DNA of 64,000 bases from Nautiliaceae bacterium (GTDB taxonomy: Bacteria; Campylobacterota; Campylobacteria; Campylobacterales; Nautiliaceae): NCBI GenBank assembly GCA_039831155.1, contig JBDONT010000043.1, positions 224,001 to 288,000 on the forward strand, read 5' to 3'. Shown here piece after piece: positions 1 through 11,818 of the stretch. Made by a program: the position numbers and the translations under genes. Below the pieces are notes generated by a model. It saw only the letters and a list, made by a program, of their open reading frames with translations, was not told the DNA's origin and did not search any database. How positions within the stretch are numbered: the stretch's first letter is position 1; each line of letters begins with the position of its first letter.

Positions 1-1272
1 AAAATCAGCAATTTTTTCAAAAAGTTTAAAAAAGTTAGGAAAAGAGGTGTTAATACTTTCTGCTTTTTTTATTTTCATTCCACATAAAAGCCCAAGCACT
101 GCAAAGCTCATAGCAATTCTATGGTCTCCGTGAGAATCGATTACAGCCTTTTTAGGAATTCCTCCTACAATCTCATACCCGTCTTCAAACTCTTTAGCTT
201 CGATTCCACACTCTTTAAGAGAATTTACAACGGTAGAAATTCTATCGGACTCTTTTACTCTAAGTTCTTTAGCGTTTTTAACACTACTTTTACCTTCGGC
301 AACTGCCATAGCCATAGCAAGAGCCGGCAATTCGTCTATTAGCCAAGGTATATTGCTATCTACCTCCACACCTTTTAATCTAGCTCCCGTTACTATTATA
401 TCTCCAATAGGTTCATATTTGTTTTCTTTTAAAACATACTCTATTTCAGCTCCCATTTTTTCCAAAACTTTATAAGCCTCTATTCTTGTAGGATTTAAAG
501 TTACGTTTTTAATAATCGCTTTTGAATCAGTAATAGCGGCAGCCACTGCAAAGAAAAACGCACTGCTAGGGTCGTTTGGAACTTCAATTTCAAGAGGGGA
601 GAGTCTTTCTTTTAAAGGATGTATTGTAATTTTACAACCCTTATCCACACTACTCTCTATATTAGCCCCCATACCTCTTAACATTCTTTCGGTATGGTCG
701 CGACTAAGCATAGGTTCTTCATAGTAAGACTCTTTATCGGCATTTAAAGCGGCTAAAATCATAGCCGATTTTACTTGAGCCGATGCGATTTTACTTTTAT
801 AATCAAAAGAAGAAAGCTTACCACCCCTTACAGCCAAAGGAGCAAGCTCTCCGTTTTTTCTTCCGTCAATCTTCGCCCCTATGCTTCTTAAAGGGTCGGC
901 AACCCTTCTCATAGGACGTCTTCTTAAATATTCATCTCCCGTTAAAACGTAAAATCCGTCTATTCCGGCCAAAAGCCCCATATAAATTCTAATAGTGGTT
1001 CCCGAATTCCCACAATAAAGCACATCTTCAGCTTCTTTAAACTCACTAGGAGCTTCAATCGTTATAACGCCGTCTTTATCTTCAACCTTAGCCCCCAAAG
1101 CTTTTGCAATTTCCAAAGAATTTAAAGTATCTTCGGCTCTTAAATAGTTTTTTATAACGTTTTTTCCACTTGTTAAAAGAGAAAAAATAGCACATCTATG
1201 CGAAATAGACTTATCTGCATCAACCAAAAACTCTTCTTCAAACTTTCTACCACCTACTACTTCCAGTATCAT
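1..1272 (-). CDS. aroA: 3-phosphoshikimate 1-carboxyvinyltransferase (EPSP synthase), 3' end runs off the window
   Basis: Not in the ORF track. Hand translation from ATG 1272 gives [30 protein letters not shown]..., with [21 protein letters not shown] and DHRIAMSF motifs. ATGA overlap with the pheT stop. Confidence 0.95.
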   Translation of the reverse strand, partial: MILEVVGGRKFEEEFLVDADKSISHRCAIFSLLTSGKNVIKNYLRAEDTLNSLEIAKALGAKVEDKDGVITIEAPSEFKEAEDVLYCGNSGTTIRIYMGLLAGIDGFYVLTGDEYLRRRPMRRVADPLRSIGAKIDGRKNGELAPLAVRGGKLSSFDYKSKIASAQVKSAMILAALNADKESYYEEPMLSRDHTERMLRGMGANIESSVDKGCKITIHPLKERLSPLEIEVPNDPSSAFFFAVAAAITDSKAIIKNVTLNPTRIEAYKVLEKMGAEIEYVLKENKYEPIGDIIVTGARLKGVEVDSNIPWLIDELPALAMAMAVAEGKSSVKNAKELRVKESDRISTVVNSLKECGIEAKEFEDGYEIVGGIPKKAVIDSHGDHRIAMSFAVLGLLCGMKIKKAESINTSFPNFFKLFEKIADF

Positions 1273-3515
1273 CTAAGTTTTATTCCTTTTTCGTTTAATG
1301 CTTTTAAAATTTTATCCATTATAGCATTTATTTCTTCATCCGTTAATGTTTTTTGGCCTTGAATTACAAATCTGATAGTAATTGAGTTACTCTCTCCCAA
1401 ATCATAAATATCTATCGGATAAAATTCCACCAACTCGTTTAATTCCAACTTATTAATAATATCAAAAATTTCCCTATAAGAGATAGCCTTATCCACTACT
1501 AAACTTAAATCCCTTGTTACTTTTGGAAACTTATTAATATCTTTTGCCAGTTTTTTACTCTCTTTTGGAGCAATTTCTATTTCGGCAAAATAAGTATCGT
1601 CTATATCAAAATCTTTTGCGACTTTCGGATGAAGTTTTGCAAGCACTCCTATAATTTTCCCGTCTTTTACTATTTTCGCATTTTGATAAGGATGTGCTAT
1701 AGGATGAGAATCGTTTTCAACAAGCTCGAACTCCCCTATAATTTGAGAAAGTTTATCCACCAACGTTTTAAAAGAAACTTTTTGAGGTTTTCCATGATTT
1801 ATAGGGTTTTCATAATCCTCAAATCCGTTTAAAACAAACGCAAGTTTTGTTTTTTCGTTTCTTTCTCTGTCATAAACTCTTCCTATTGTAAATAGGAAAA
1901 CTCTTTTATATCCGTTTGCTTTATTTCTTGAGATATCTTCTAAAAGCTGCAATAAAAGAGTGGTCCTTAACGTATCAAGCTCTTTTACGATAGGGTTTAT
2001 TAAATCCAAATTCTCATCCACTACCTCAAAACCGTACTTTTTAAGTCTCTCTTTATCGTCAAATACAAAATGAATAACCTCATAAAACCCGTTCGCAACG
2101 GCTTTTAATCTTAAAGAGTTTAAAATTTCGTGAGCTATTATGTTATCGTTTATTCTATTTTTCTCTTCAAATTCCAAAGGTTTTGAAGGAACTTCGTCAA
2201 TTCCGTAAACCCTTAAAACCTCTTCTGCAATATCCTGAATGTTTTTTATATCACTTCTGAATTCCGGAACTTTTACTCTTAAAACATCCTCACTTAAAAC
2301 TTCAATTTCAAATTTAAGTTTTTTTAATATCTCCACTACTGCTTTTTCGGCAATATCATAGCCTATTATGTCTCTTAATTCTTTTATGCTTATTTTTATA
2401 AACTTAGGCTCAAATTCTTTACTTAAATCAATCTCTCCGGCATAAACAAGCAGTTTCGCTTCATTTAAGAAATAATTCATTCCGAATTTTAAATCCGGAT
2501 TACTTCCACGACTAGCCCTAAAGAAATATTCATCCGTTTTTAATCCGTTAATAAATACTATTTCGCTTACATATTCCGGGTCTATGTAGTTTGCGTTAAT
2601 AATAAAACTATCGCCTTCTTCAAGTTTAATTGAATTCTTAATACCTACCAAATACTCTCCCGAAACGGTTTTATAAATATCAACTCCCTTTTCGTATTCA
2701 AAAGAAATTTCACCTAAATTACTAAGAACTAATAAAACTCCCGTTGCATGAGTCGCGTATTTTAGTAATTTATCACTGTCGTTTTTTGCTTCTACATCGC
2801 ATAAAGCCAGTCTTAAATCTATTTTAACGTTTGAATTAAACGTCCCTTTTAACCCTCTTAAAAGATGAGAAGAGTGTTTTAGTTCGCTTTTTGAAATATT
2901 TACAACTCTTCCTATACCTTCTTGAAGTTCGTTATAAAAATACTCTTTTTCCTGTAAGTCGATATTTAATCCGGCACTAAGTTCTCTGGCAATTCCGTAA
3001 ATACTAAAACAATCTCCCCTATTTGCCGTAACTCCAAGTTCTATCACTTCGTCATTTAAATACTCTCCGGCCCACTTTCCTATCTCAATCTTACCTAAAG
3101 ATTCATCCATTATTAAAATACCGTCATGAAAATCCGGAAGTCCTATTTCTCTTGCGGCACATATCATTCCGTAACTCTCAACACCTCTAAGTTTGGCTTT
3201 TTTTATTTTAAAATTCCCCGGAAGCACTGCACCGATTTTCGCCACAACCACATATTCTGCATTTACAACGTTACTAGCACCACAAACTATTTGTAAAACC
3301 TCATCTCCAACATCCACTTTACATACGTTCAATTTATCTGCATTCGAATGTTTTTGACACTCAATCACTTTTCCTATAACTACATTTTGAGGAATGTCAT
3401 ATTTCGTATAACCTTCTACCTCTTGTCCTATTCTGTTTAAAGTTTCTATAATCGTTTCGGTAGAAATTCCATCTAAATTAATAAACTCCTCTAGCCATTT
3501 TCTCGTTACTATCAT
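1269..3515 (-). CDS. pheT: phenylalanine--tRNA ligase beta subunit
   Basis: tRNA-binding OB domain ([24 protein letters not shown]), TANRGDC, C-terminal FDX-ACB (FPKVTRDLS). Confidence 0.97.
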   Translation of the reverse strand: MIVTRKWLEEFINLDGISTETIIETLNRIGQEVEGYTKYDIPQNVVIGKVIECQKHSNADKLNVCKVDVGDEVLQIVCGASNVVNAEYVVVAKIGAVLPGNFKIKKAKLRGVESYGMICAAREIGLPDFHDGILIMDESLGKIEIGKWAGEYLNDEVIELGVTANRGDCFSIYGIARELSAGLNIDLQEKEYFYNELQEGIGRVVNISKSELKHSSHLLRGLKGTFNSNVKIDLRLALCDVEAKNDSDKLLKYATHATGVLLVLSNLGEISFEYEKGVDIYKTVSGEYLVGIKNSIKLEEGDSFIINANYIDPEYVSEIVFINGLKTDEYFFRASRGSNPDLKFGMNYFLNEAKLLVYAGEIDLSKEFEPKFIKISIKELRDIIGYDIAEKAVVEILKKLKFEIEVLSEDVLRVKVPEFRSDIKNIQDIAEEVLRVYGIDEVPSKPLEFEEKNRINDNIIAHEILNSLRLKAVANGFYEVIHFVFDDKERLKKYGFEVVDENLDLINPIVKELDTLRTTLLLQLLEDISRNKANGYKRVFLFTIGRVYDRERNEKTKLAFVLNGFEDYENPINHGKPQKVSFKTLVDKLSQIIGEFELVENDSHPIAHPYQNAKIVKDGKIIGVLAKLHPKVAKDFDIDDTYFAEIEIAPKESKKLAKDINKFPKVTRDLSLVVDKAISYREIFDIINKLELNELVEFYPIDIYDLGESNSITIRFVIQGQKTLTDEEINAIMDKILKALNEKGIKLR

Positions 3516-4498
3516 TTAAACTGCTCCATTAGTCTGATATCTCCTTCATACATACTTCTAAGGTCGTTAATTCTATTTAGAAGCATAGCAAACCTTTCAA
3601 CTCCAAGTCCAAAAGCGTATCCACTTACGTTTTCATATCCTACGGCTTTGAATACATTCGGGTCTACAACACCACATCCCAACACTTCAAGCCATCCGGT
3701 ATGCGAACACACCCTACACCCTTTACCTTCACAGAAAATACAACTAATATCCACTTCTGCACTAGGCTCGGTAAAAGGGAAAAAACTAGGTCTGAATCTA
3801 ACCTTAACATCCCCGAACATATGCACTAAAAAGCTCTCAAGAATAAATTTTAAATTAGCAAAACTTACTTTCCCGGCTTCATCTACGACAAGTCCTTCAA
3901 CCTGATGAAACATAGGAGTGTGGGTTAAATCGTAATCTCTCCTAAAAACAGCCCCCGGGCTTATCATTCTAATAGGAGGCTTTTGTTTTAGCATAGTTCT
4001 AATCTGTACGGGAGAAGTATGGGTTCTAAGTAAACTTCCGTCTTTGAAATAAAAAGTATCCTGCATATCGCGTGCCGGGTGGTATTTAGGAAGGTTTAAA
4101 GCTTCAAAGTTATGAAAATCGTCTTCAACCAAAGGTCCCGTTTCTACGGAAAAATTTAATTTCGTAAAAAAGTCTATAATTTTATTCATAGTATCTGTTA
4201 TAGGATGAACTGCTCCGGTGGTTTTAGGTACGAAGCTGGTTACGTCTATTTTTTCTTTTCTTAACTGTTCTTCTAAAAGTTTCTCTTCAAGCTCAAGTTT
4301 TTTTTCCAAAATTAACTGCTGGGCTTTTTCTTTTAATTCATTAAGCTCTTTTGCTACCTTTTTTCTCTCTTCTGCACTGTAATTTTTAAGCTCTTTAAAT
4401 TTTTGAGTGATAATTCCGTTTTTACCAAGAAGCTTGACTCTTATTTTTTCAAGCTCGTCTAAATTTAAAACTTTACTAATTTCTGATAAATCCACCAA
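3512..4498 (-). CDS. pheS: phenylalanine--tRNA ligase alpha subunit
   Basis: [39 protein letters not shown] motif. Start moved to TTG 4498 (or GTG 4495) after an AAGGA RBS. Confidence 0.97.
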   Translation of the reverse strand: MVDLSEISKVLNLDELEKIRVKLLGKNGIITQKFKELKNYSAEERKKVAKELNELKEKAQQLILEKKLELEEKLLEEQLRKEKIDVTSFVPKTTGAVHPITDTMNKIIDFFTKLNFSVETGPLVEDDFHNFEALNLPKYHPARDMQDTFYFKDGSLLRTHTSPVQIRTMLKQKPPIRMISPGAVFRRDYDLTHTPMFHQVEGLVVDEAGKVSFANLKFILESFLVHMFGDVKVRFRPSFFPFTEPSAEVDISCIFCEGKGCRVCSHTGWLEVLGCGVVDPNVFKAVGYENVSGYAFGLGVERFAMLLNRINDLRSMYEGDIRLMEQFK

Positions 4499-4520
4499 AT
4501 TAGTCCTTTTATTTTTTAGG

Positions 4521-4526
4521 TATAAT
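4521..4526 (+). promoter_or_regulatory. candidate sigma70 -10 box for the HIT-nfo-murA operon
   Basis: TATAAT in the divergent gap, followed by AAGGAG RBS before ATG 4553. Confidence 0.45.
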
Positions 4527-4552
4527 ACTACCAAAAAAAAAGGAGCCTTTCA

Positions 4553-4888
4553 ATGGAATGCATATTTTGTAAAATAGTAAAAGGTGAAATTCCAAGCAAA
4601 AAAGTTTTAGAAAACGATAAATTTTTAGCTTTTCACGATATAAACCCTTCAGCACCGATTCACGTGTTAATCATCCCCAAAGAACATTACGAAAACTTTG
4701 CAACCACTCCTAGCGAAACATTTAAAGAAATAGCAGAATTTATAAAAGAAGTTGCAAAAAAACTGGATATTGAAGATTACAGACTAATTACCAACAACGG
4801 TAAAAACGCCGGTCAAGAGATTTTCCACACTCACATACATCTTCTATCAAATCCAAACGGCAAATTAAAGTGGCCTAAACTCGTTTAA
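4553..4888 (+). CDS. hinT: histidine triad (HIT) nucleotide-binding protein
   Basis: CIFCKI at the N-terminus, AGQEIFHTHIHLL histidine triad. Confidence 0.92.
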   Translation: MECIFCKIVKGEIPSKKVLENDKFLAFHDINPSAPIHVLIIPKEHYENFATTPSETFKEIAEFIKEVAKKLDIEDYRLITNNGKNAGQEIFHTHIHLLSNPNGKLKWPKLV

Positions 4889-4897
4889 AGGATATTA

Positions 4898-5743
4898 ATG
4901 AAATTTGTAGGAGCACACGTCAGTGCAAGTGGTGGTGTGGAAAATGCCGTAAAAAATGCAGTAGAAATAGGGGCAAACGGATTTGCCCTTTTTACCAAAA
5001 ACCAAAGACAATGGAAAGCAAAACCCCTTAGTGAAAAAAACATCTCAAAATTTAAAAAATTTATGCAAGAACACGGTTTTACAAAAGATATGGTTTTGCC
5101 TCACGACAGTTATTTAATAAACCTGGGACATCCGGAAATAGAAAAAAGAGAAAAGTCCCTAGAAGCTTTTATAGACGAAGCAAAAAGAGTGGAAATATTA
5201 GGATTAAAATATTTAAACTTTCATCCGGGAAGCCATTTAAAAAAAATTTCGGAAGAAGAGTGTCTTGATTTAATAAGCGAAAACGTCAATAAAGCCATAA
5301 AAGAGACCGAATCTTGCGTATTCGTACTGGAAACAACAGCAGGACAAGGAAGTAATTTAGGTTATAAATTCGAACATCTGGCATACATTATAGACAAAAT
5401 AGAAGATAAAAGCAGAATCGGTGTATGTATAGACACGGCTCATATATTTGCAGCCGGATACGATATAAGAACAAAAGAGGCTTACGAAGAGACAATGAAA
5501 AAATTTGAAGAAACTATAGGATTTAAATATTTAAAAGGTATGCATATAAACGACTCTAAAGCCAAATTCGCATCCCGTGTGGACAGACATCACTCTTTAG
5601 GAAAAGGTGAAATAGGACTTGAGACTTTTAAATTTATTATGCAAGATGAGAGAATAGATAATATTCCTTTGATTTTAGAAACAATTGAACCTCAAATCTG
5701 GCCGGATGAAATAAAACTTCTTAAAAGCTTTGAAAATGTATAA
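4898..5743 (+). CDS. nfo: endonuclease IV
   Basis: [40 protein letters not shown]. Confidence 0.96.
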   Translation: MKFVGAHVSASGGVENAVKNAVEIGANGFALFTKNQRQWKAKPLSEKNISKFKKFMQEHGFTKDMVLPHDSYLINLGHPEIEKREKSLEAFIDEAKRVEILGLKYLNFHPGSHLKKISEEECLDLISENVNKAIKETESCVFVLETTAGQGSNLGYKFEHLAYIIDKIEDKSRIGVCIDTAHIFAAGYDIRTKEAYEETMKKFEETIGFKYLKGMHINDSKAKFASRVDRHHSLGKGEIGLETFKFIMQDERIDNIPLILETIEPQIWPDEIKLLKSFENV

Positions 5744-7007
5744 ATATCTAAACATAAAACAGGTAGACAATCTAAAAGGCTCGATTAAAATAAGTGGAGC
5801 TAAAAACGCGGCTTTACCGGTTATAGCTTCCACTATATTATCGGATAACGAAGTTACTTTAACAAACGTCCCGGAAGTTGCGGACGTCAAAACGTTATTA
5901 AAACTTTTCAATCTACTTGGAAGCGAATACTCTTTTAAAGACAATATTCTAAAAATAAACACAAAACCTATTCACAACACCACAGCAGTTTACGAAATAG
6001 TAAAAACTATGAGAGCTTCAATTTTGGTTTTAGGCCCTCTTCTAAGCAGGTTTGGAGAGTGTAAAGTAAGCTTACCAGGTGGATGTGCCATAGGTGCAAG
6101 ACCGGTTGATTTGCATTTAAAAGCCCTAAATTTAATGGGGACAGATATAAAAATAGAAGCCGGTTACATCCACGCCAAAGGAAAATTAAAAGGGTGTGAT
6201 ATTATATTTGACAAAATAACCGTAACCGGAACGGAAAACATAGTAATGGCAGCGGCACTTGCAAAAGGTAAAACAAGAATTATAAATGCTGCCAAAGAAC
6301 CGGAAGTAATACAACTTTGCGAATTTTTAAAAAAAGGCGGTGTTGATATTGAAGGAATAGGTACAAACGAAATTATTATAACCGGAACTGACGGAGAGCT
6401 TTTAAAATTAAAAGAAGAAAAAATTATCCCCGATAGAATAGAAGCCGGTACCTATTTAGCCGCCGGAGCTATTACAAACTCTCAAATAACCATAAAAGAA
6501 GTAATACCGTCCCATTTAGAGAGCGTTCTTGTAAAATTTAGCGAAATGGGCTTTAAAATAGAAACCACAAAAAACGAAATAACAATCCATTCTGCAAAAA
6601 AAATCAACCCGACAAACATTTCAACTACGGAATTTCCGGGCTTTCCTACCGATATGCAAGCTCAATTTATGGCAATAGCCACCCAGGCTGAAGGAGTAAG
6701 TATTATTGAAGAGAGACTTTTTGAAAACAGATTTATGCACGTAGCGGAATTAAACCGTTTAGGGGCTAACATAAAAATCCAACAAAGCAAAATAGCAACC
6801 GTTTACGGTCCGACTCCACTAATAGGTGCCGATGTAATGGCTACCGATTTGAGAGCTTCTTCGGCTTTAGTGTTAGCAGGACTCATAGCCAAAGGAGAAA
6901 CAAACGTTCATAGAATCTATCATCTTTTTAGAGGTTATGAAAAATTAATCGATAAATTCAAAGCCTTAGGAGCTCAAATGGAGCTAAGAGAAGAAACCTC
7001 ACCTTAA
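5736..7007 (+). CDS. murA: UDP-N-acetylglucosamine 1-carboxyvinyltransferase
   Basis: [42 protein letters not shown] 5736 preferred over TTG 5730. Confidence 0.97.
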   Translation: MYKYLNIKQVDNLKGSIKISGAKNAALPVIASTILSDNEVTLTNVPEVADVKTLLKLFNLLGSEYSFKDNILKINTKPIHNTTAVYEIVKTMRASILVLGPLLSRFGECKVSLPGGCAIGARPVDLHLKALNLMGTDIKIEAGYIHAKGKLKGCDIIFDKITVTGTENIVMAAALAKGKTRIINAAKEPEVIQLCEFLKKGGVDIEGIGTNEIIITGTDGELLKLKEEKIIPDRIEAGTYLAAGAITNSQITIKEVIPSHLESVLVKFSEMGFKIETTKNEITIHSAKKINPTNISTTEFPGFPTDMQAQFMAIATQAEGVSIIEERLFENRFMHVAELNRLGANIKIQQSKIATVYGPTPLIGADVMATDLRASSALVLAGLIAKGETNVHRIYHLFRGYEKLIDKFKALGAQMELREETSP

Positions 7008-7766
7008 AATTTCAAAGTAGTAATTCGCTACTTTTTTTCTATTTAGTTTTTTATTCAAAAACAGCTCCATTGCCAAAACCCCTTGATACACAAGCATATC
7101 AATACCACTTTTTGTAATAAGATTATACTCTTTGGCCAATTTTAAAAAAGGAGTACCTCTGCCGTAAATCACATCCACTGCATATTTAGCGTTACTAAAA
7201 AGTTTTTCCAAAATCTCTTTAGGTGCCGGTAAATTATTATCATTAAGGCCGGCAGAAGTGGTATTTATAATTAAATCGTAATTAAAATTATTAAACTCAT
7301 CCCAAGTAAAAGTTTTTTTGCCTTTTAATTTAAAATACTCCAATCTTTTTGAAGAACGGTTTAGAATATCGGCATTTGGTAACACCAAACTTAAAGCTTT
7401 AGCAGTACCTCCGGCACCTATTATTAAAACATTTTTATAATCAAACTCTTTTATAGCCTCTAAAAATCCAGGAGCATCGGTATTATATCCTATAACTTTA
7501 TCGCCTTCTAAAACAAGAGTATTTACAGCCCCTATTTCTCTAGCAATTCCTCTGACTTCATCGGCTAACCTAAAAGCAGCCTCTTTATGAGGTACCGTTA
7601 CATTGGCTCCTTTTATTTTAAGTGCTTTAAACTTCTCAATAATTTTATCCCCGTTTTCTAAACAAAACCTCCCGTAACACTCATTGATATTCTCTTTTTT
7701 AAAAAAATAGTTATGCATAAGAGGAGATTTTGAGTGACTAACCGGATTTCCGAAAATCAAAAACAT
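6999..7766 (-). CDS. aroE: shikimate dehydrogenase
   Basis: [33 protein letters not shown]. Confidence 0.95.
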   Translation of the reverse strand: MFLIFGNPVSHSKSPLMHNYFFKKENINECYGRFCLENGDKIIEKFKALKIKGANVTVPHKEAAFRLADEVRGIAREIGAVNTLVLEGDKVIGYNTDAPGFLEAIKEFDYKNVLIIGAGGTAKALSLVLPNADILNRSSKRLEYFKLKGKKTFTWDEFNNFNYDLIINTTSAGLNDNNLPAPKEILEKLFSNAKYAVDVIYGRGTPFLKLAKEYNLITKSGIDMLVYQGVLAMELFLNKKLNRKKVANYYFEILR

Positions 7767-7770
7767 CTTT

Positions 7771-9147
7771 TCACCTTGTCAAATAAAAATAGAATTCTTC
7801 ATCATCAAAATAAAACTTAACTTCAATAGCCTTTTTTTCAGCTACCAAACTCTTTAAACTCTCAAGCTCGTCAAACACTTTAGGAAGAGTCATATGAATT
7901 TGCGTATCGTGCTTTGCAAATTCCGTTTTGGTATTACCCACTATTATATTTGCAAATTCAGAGACAATATCGTGGAGTTCTTCTTTGTCTTTCGGTTTTT
8001 CCCCTAAAAGAATTTCGGCAATTTTTTCAGTCAATTTTTCACTAAAAATTAAAACCACCATTCCATCTATATCACCGTAAAACCCAAGACCGCTTGCCAC
8101 ATACTTAGTCGATTCCAAATCAAGCTGGATTTTTGTAAGTTCGGGTTTTTCTTTTTTAGCTTTAATTCCCGTCATCATCTCTATAGTATCAATAGTGGAA
8201 TTGATAAAATAAGGCAATAAATTAACTAAATCTTTTGTAATTCTTTTTTGTTTTTTATAGATAACATCCATATTTCCAATAGCTTCTTTTAAAGCGTCCG
8301 AATTTAAAAGCTCTTCTTCGTGTGCAAAAAATAAAAACCCGACATCCTCTAAATCCTGCAACATTCTTTTTTGAATGTTTTTTGCACTAAGTCCTACAAT
8401 AGCCATTAAGGCCCCATACTCTGCACTTTCAACTCCAAGTTTTGAGAGAAAATTAACGGCGTGAATGTTTAAACCTTTAACGTTTGACATATCAAAAATA
8501 AAAACTTTAAACCCTATGCTAAGACTTCTTCTAAAATACTCCATATCAAATTTGTGAGAAACGCTGGTATCTAAAAAGCCGTCAAAATAGAAATAAATCA
8601 TATTGTTTTTTACAACGGCACTAACTCTATCTGCAAATTTGGAAATTAAACTATCTTTTATAATAACTGCTTTGCTTTTATCTTTAATAGCATCCAAAGA
8701 ATCTACAATTACCGGAAAATAACCCTTTTTTACCAGATTATAAATAATTAAATTTTTATTTTCGTCATTATTCATACAACAAAGATAAATGTTTTTTTCC
8801 ACCAGCTCTTCACTGGTAAAAACCTTCTCAACCTCTTCCGATTCATAAACGTTAAAATATCTGTTCTCAAGTTTTGAGACCAAATTAAAAACGTTTTTAT
8901 TAAGATTAAAAAAACAGCACTCTATATCTTTTTTATACAAAGTCTCAAAAATATCGTTTAAAAATCTTATTGCGTTAATATTCGCACTTATAACTTTTTT
9001 AAAGTCTATACTGACGTATTTTATGTTTTTTTTGACTAGATTATTAATATCGTTTGGAGTGATAATCAAAGAAGCGTTACTTGCATCCAAAAAACCTTGA
9101 GGTCTATAGTAGACCTTTTTACCTATAAAACTTTTAACAACCCCCAT
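7771..9147 (-). CDS. CheX-family phosphatase with two N-terminal STAS-like domains
   Basis: C-terminal CheX-like region with SEFANIIVGN (ExxN). Two internal repeats of the form GFLD...DF/DM.xV..N..A.xFL resemble STAS folds. Confidence 0.7.
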   Translation of the reverse strand: MGVVKSFIGKKVYYRPQGFLDASNASLIITPNDINNLVKKNIKYVSIDFKKVISANINAIRFLNDIFETLYKKDIECCFFNLNKNVFNLVSKLENRYFNVYESEEVEKVFTSEELVEKNIYLCCMNNDENKNLIIYNLVKKGYFPVIVDSLDAIKDKSKAVIIKDSLISKFADRVSAVVKNNMIYFYFDGFLDTSVSHKFDMEYFRRSLSIGFKVFIFDMSNVKGLNIHAVNFLSKLGVESAEYGALMAIVGLSAKNIQKRMLQDLEDVGFLFFAHEEELLNSDALKEAIGNMDVIYKKQKRITKDLVNLLPYFINSTIDTIEMMTGIKAKKEKPELTKIQLDLESTKYVASGLGFYGDIDGMVVLIFSEKLTEKIAEILLGEKPKDKEELHDIVSEFANIIVGNTKTEFAKHDTQIHMTLPKVFDELESLKSLVAEKKAIEVKFYFDDEEFYFYLTR

Positions 9148-10550
9148 TACTCTTCCAGTTCCTTTAGTGTCGTTACAAGAGCCTGAAGTTTGTTTTTAAC
9201 CTCTTTATACTCAAATTTCTCTTTAGAATCGGCTACAACTCCGGCACCTGCTTGGAAAATAATCTCATCTCCTTTAATCAGTGCCGTTCTTATGGTAATA
9301 GCCGTATCCATATTGCCGTCAAACCCAAAATACCCGATACTTCCGGCATAATAGCCTCTTTTTAATCCTTCATATTTTGCAATAAGCTCCATTGCTTTAA
9401 TTTTTGGAGCTCCGGTCATCGTTCCTGCCGTAAAAGTCGCTTTAAATAAATCAAACATATCGTATTTATCATCAAGTTCTCCTACAACATCACTTACCAT
9501 ATGCATAACGTGAGAATATCTCTCAACTCTCATAAGTTCCTCAACCTTTACACTTCCGGCTTTACTTACACGCCCTACGTCGTTTCTTCCCAAATCTACA
9601 AGCATAATGTGTTCTGCCACTTCTTTTGGGTCATTAATCATCTCTTCTTCAAGTTCCAAATCTCTTTTTAAATTCTCTCCTCTTTTTCTAGTCCCGGCAA
9701 TCGGTCTTAAAAGAATCATATTATCGTTTAATCTAACCATAACTTCCGGAGAACTTCCAATAATTGCAAAACCGTCAATATCTAAAAAGTAAAGATAAGG
9801 AGAAGGATTTTTACTTCTAAGTTTTCTATAAAACGAAAACCTATCTACAATCGCTTTTACTTTTAATCTATTAGATAAAACTATCTGAAAAATATCTCCG
9901 TTTTTTATATGTTCTTTCGCAACTCTTACCATTTCAAAAAATTTCTCTTGAGAAAAAACAAATTTAGGTTCTTTTAAAATTTTGGCTTTTTTTAACGGCA
10001 GATGTTTATAAGAAGAGTTAATCACATCCTTTATAATATAAAGATAGTCTTTATAGCTTTCATCATTAATAATAACCGTTAATTCCGATGATTTATGAGA
10101 AAAACCCAAAACGATTTTAGGTCTTATCATATAAAAATCAGGTATATCGGTTTCGTCTTTTAAATTATCCATTACATTTTTTAAAACCGGCTCAAACACT
10201 TTTACCATATCATAACCGATATACCCTACAAATCCGTCTACAAAGCCTATTTTTAATTTTTTTGCAATCTCTTTGTAAGAATTAAAATCAATTTTTTTAT
10301 AATACTCTTTCATAAAAGAAAAAGGGTCTGTATTAAAAACTTTCTCTTCTTTTCCGTCAAAATAATATGTCTTTTCATCTTTGTATTTAATTCTTTCTCT
10401 CTCTCCTACAAACAAAAACGTATAATTTCCGTCACTGTTATTAATAACGCTTTCAAATAAAAAAAGTCTCTCATTTTTAAAAAGAGTTTTTATTTGGTTG
10501 TAAATGGTAATCGGAAAAAATTCATCCACTAAAAACTTATCGTAAACCAT
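9147..10550 (-). CDS. trpE: anthranilate synthase component I family protein
   Basis: GDIFQIVLS, NPSPY, GSSPE, PIAGTRKRG, EHIMLVDLGRND, GAPK. Confidence 0.85.
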   Translation of the reverse strand: MVYDKFLVDEFFPITIYNQIKTLFKNERLFLFESVINNSDGNYTFLFVGERERIKYKDEKTYYFDGKEEKVFNTDPFSFMKEYYKKIDFNSYKEIAKKLKIGFVDGFVGYIGYDMVKVFEPVLKNVMDNLKDETDIPDFYMIRPKIVLGFSHKSSELTVIINDESYKDYLYIIKDVINSSYKHLPLKKAKILKEPKFVFSQEKFFEMVRVAKEHIKNGDIFQIVLSNRLKVKAIVDRFSFYRKLRSKNPSPYLYFLDIDGFAIIGSSPEVMVRLNDNMILLRPIAGTRKRGENLKRDLELEEEMINDPKEVAEHIMLVDLGRNDVGRVSKAGSVKVEELMRVERYSHVMHMVSDVVGELDDKYDMFDLFKATFTAGTMTGAPKIKAMELIAKYEGLKRGYYAGSIGYFGFDGNMDTAITIRTALIKGDEIIFQAGAGVVADSKEKFEYKEVKNKLQALVTTLKELEE

Positions 10551-11215
10551 TATTTTACCTTATAAATAAAAGCGTTTTGAGTAATAGTGTCTTTTACTTT
10601 CTTAAGCTCTTTTTTTACTTCATCTTTTGTAAAAGGACCTATTAAAACTTTTACTATTTCTATTTTCTTACCGTCTTTTACATAATAAGTGTGATAAAGT
10701 TTATAATCAAATCCCTCTTTTTTTATAAGCTCTAAAAATCTTTTATTCGGTTTTTTATGTTTAATAAGAGCAGCCACTTGAATATAATAGTTTGCTTTAG
10801 GGGTTTGTTTTTTAACTTCTTTTACCTCTTCAACTTTAGGTTTTTCTTCTTTAACCTGCTTTTCTTTCGGTTGAGTTTCTTTTACTTGAGGCTCTGGTTG
10901 CTGGATAGGCAAAGTTTTTTCTTTTTTCTCTTCATTTGCTATTAATTTATCGGCCAATGTAGTATCATTCTTTTCTTCTACATTGGTATCCGTATCAATC
11001 GGTACGTCTTTAAACATATCATCGTTATTTTTTTGTTGATTTTCTTCAATTTGAGGTGGAAGTACCACGTTTTCGTTTTTAGAAGTCGGATTAAAAAGAG
11101 CGAACACCACTACCCCTATAATAAATACAAACAGCCCGGCAGCTCCGTAAATTAAAGGCTTTTTTAAGTTTTTTTTACCGTTTTCATCTAAATTCAAAAA
11201 ATCATCTCCTGCCAT
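10550..11215 (-). CDS. SPOR-domain membrane-anchored cell division protein (DedD/FtsN-like)
   Basis: Single N-terminal TM, charged linker, YYIQVAA...KVLIGPF SPOR signature. Confidence 0.8.
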   Translation of the reverse strand: MAGDDFLNLDENGKKNLKKPLIYGAAGLFVFIIGVVVFALFNPTSKNENVVLPPQIEENQQKNNDDMFKDVPIDTDTNVEEKNDTTLADKLIANEEKKEKTLPIQQPEPQVKETQPKEKQVKEEKPKVEEVKEVKKQTPKANYYIQVAALIKHKKPNKRFLELIKKEGFDYKLYHTYYVKDGKKIEIVKVLIGPFTKDEVKKELKKVKDTITQNAFIYKVK

Positions 11216-11227
11216 TTTATCTCCTTT

Positions 11228-11776
11228 TTACATATGACGAGCCCAAGAAGCCCCTCTTTCTTTTTTATAAAGCCCATAAGGCAAATTTAAAATATTAAAT
11301 TCACTAGGCAATTCATCCGTTGGAAACACTCTCCACTGTTTTGGAAGCTTTGTAGCAAGTTTCATTGAAAGTGCTTTTCCAAGCTGAATAGCTTCATTAA
11401 GCGTAGTATGCCCCTTATGAATATAAAGGTGCAAATGTCCCGGTGTTTTTGAATTATATGCTGTAAAATTTAAAAATCCTTCTTCTCTTAAAAGTAAACT
11501 AGCCCTATTCCAAAATCTCTCCGGGTCTCTTCCGTTATAATCAAATACGATATTTTCAACTATATTTCTATCTCTGTTGATTAAATCGTGAGCAACTATT
11601 ATTTTTCTCTCTATATGCTCGTTTATTACCTGAAAAGTCAAAGGTTTTTCAATTTTTTCATATTTATCAAAAAACATCCTACCTTTATAAACAATCTTAT
11701 TGACAATTGTACCTTTATATTCATAATAGTAACGTTTATTCATTTTAATAAGCGAAATATCAACCGTATAAGCCAC
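11228..11776 (-). CDS. DUF1882 family protein
   Basis: ENIVFDYNGR, SKTPGHLHLYIHKGHT, ERGASWARHM; position directly after glyA as in Campylobacter. Confidence 0.8.
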   Translation of the reverse strand: MAYTVDISLIKMNKRYYYEYKGTIVNKIVYKGRMFFDKYEKIEKPLTFQVINEHIERKIIVAHDLINRDRNIVENIVFDYNGRDPERFWNRASLLLREEGFLNFTAYNSKTPGHLHLYIHKGHTTLNEAIQLGKALSMKLATKLPKQWRVFPTDELPSEFNILNLPYGLYKKERGASWARHM

Positions 11777-11794
11777 TTTTTCTCCTTTTGTAAC

Positions 11795-11813
11795 TAGGAG
11801 GAAAAACCTCCTA
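11795..11813. terminator. stem-loop between glyA and DUF1882
   Basis: Perfect inverted repeat TAGGAGG-AAAAA-CCTCCTA; no U-tract follows on the transcribed (-) strand. Confidence 0.5.
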
Positions 11814-11818
11814 AAAAT

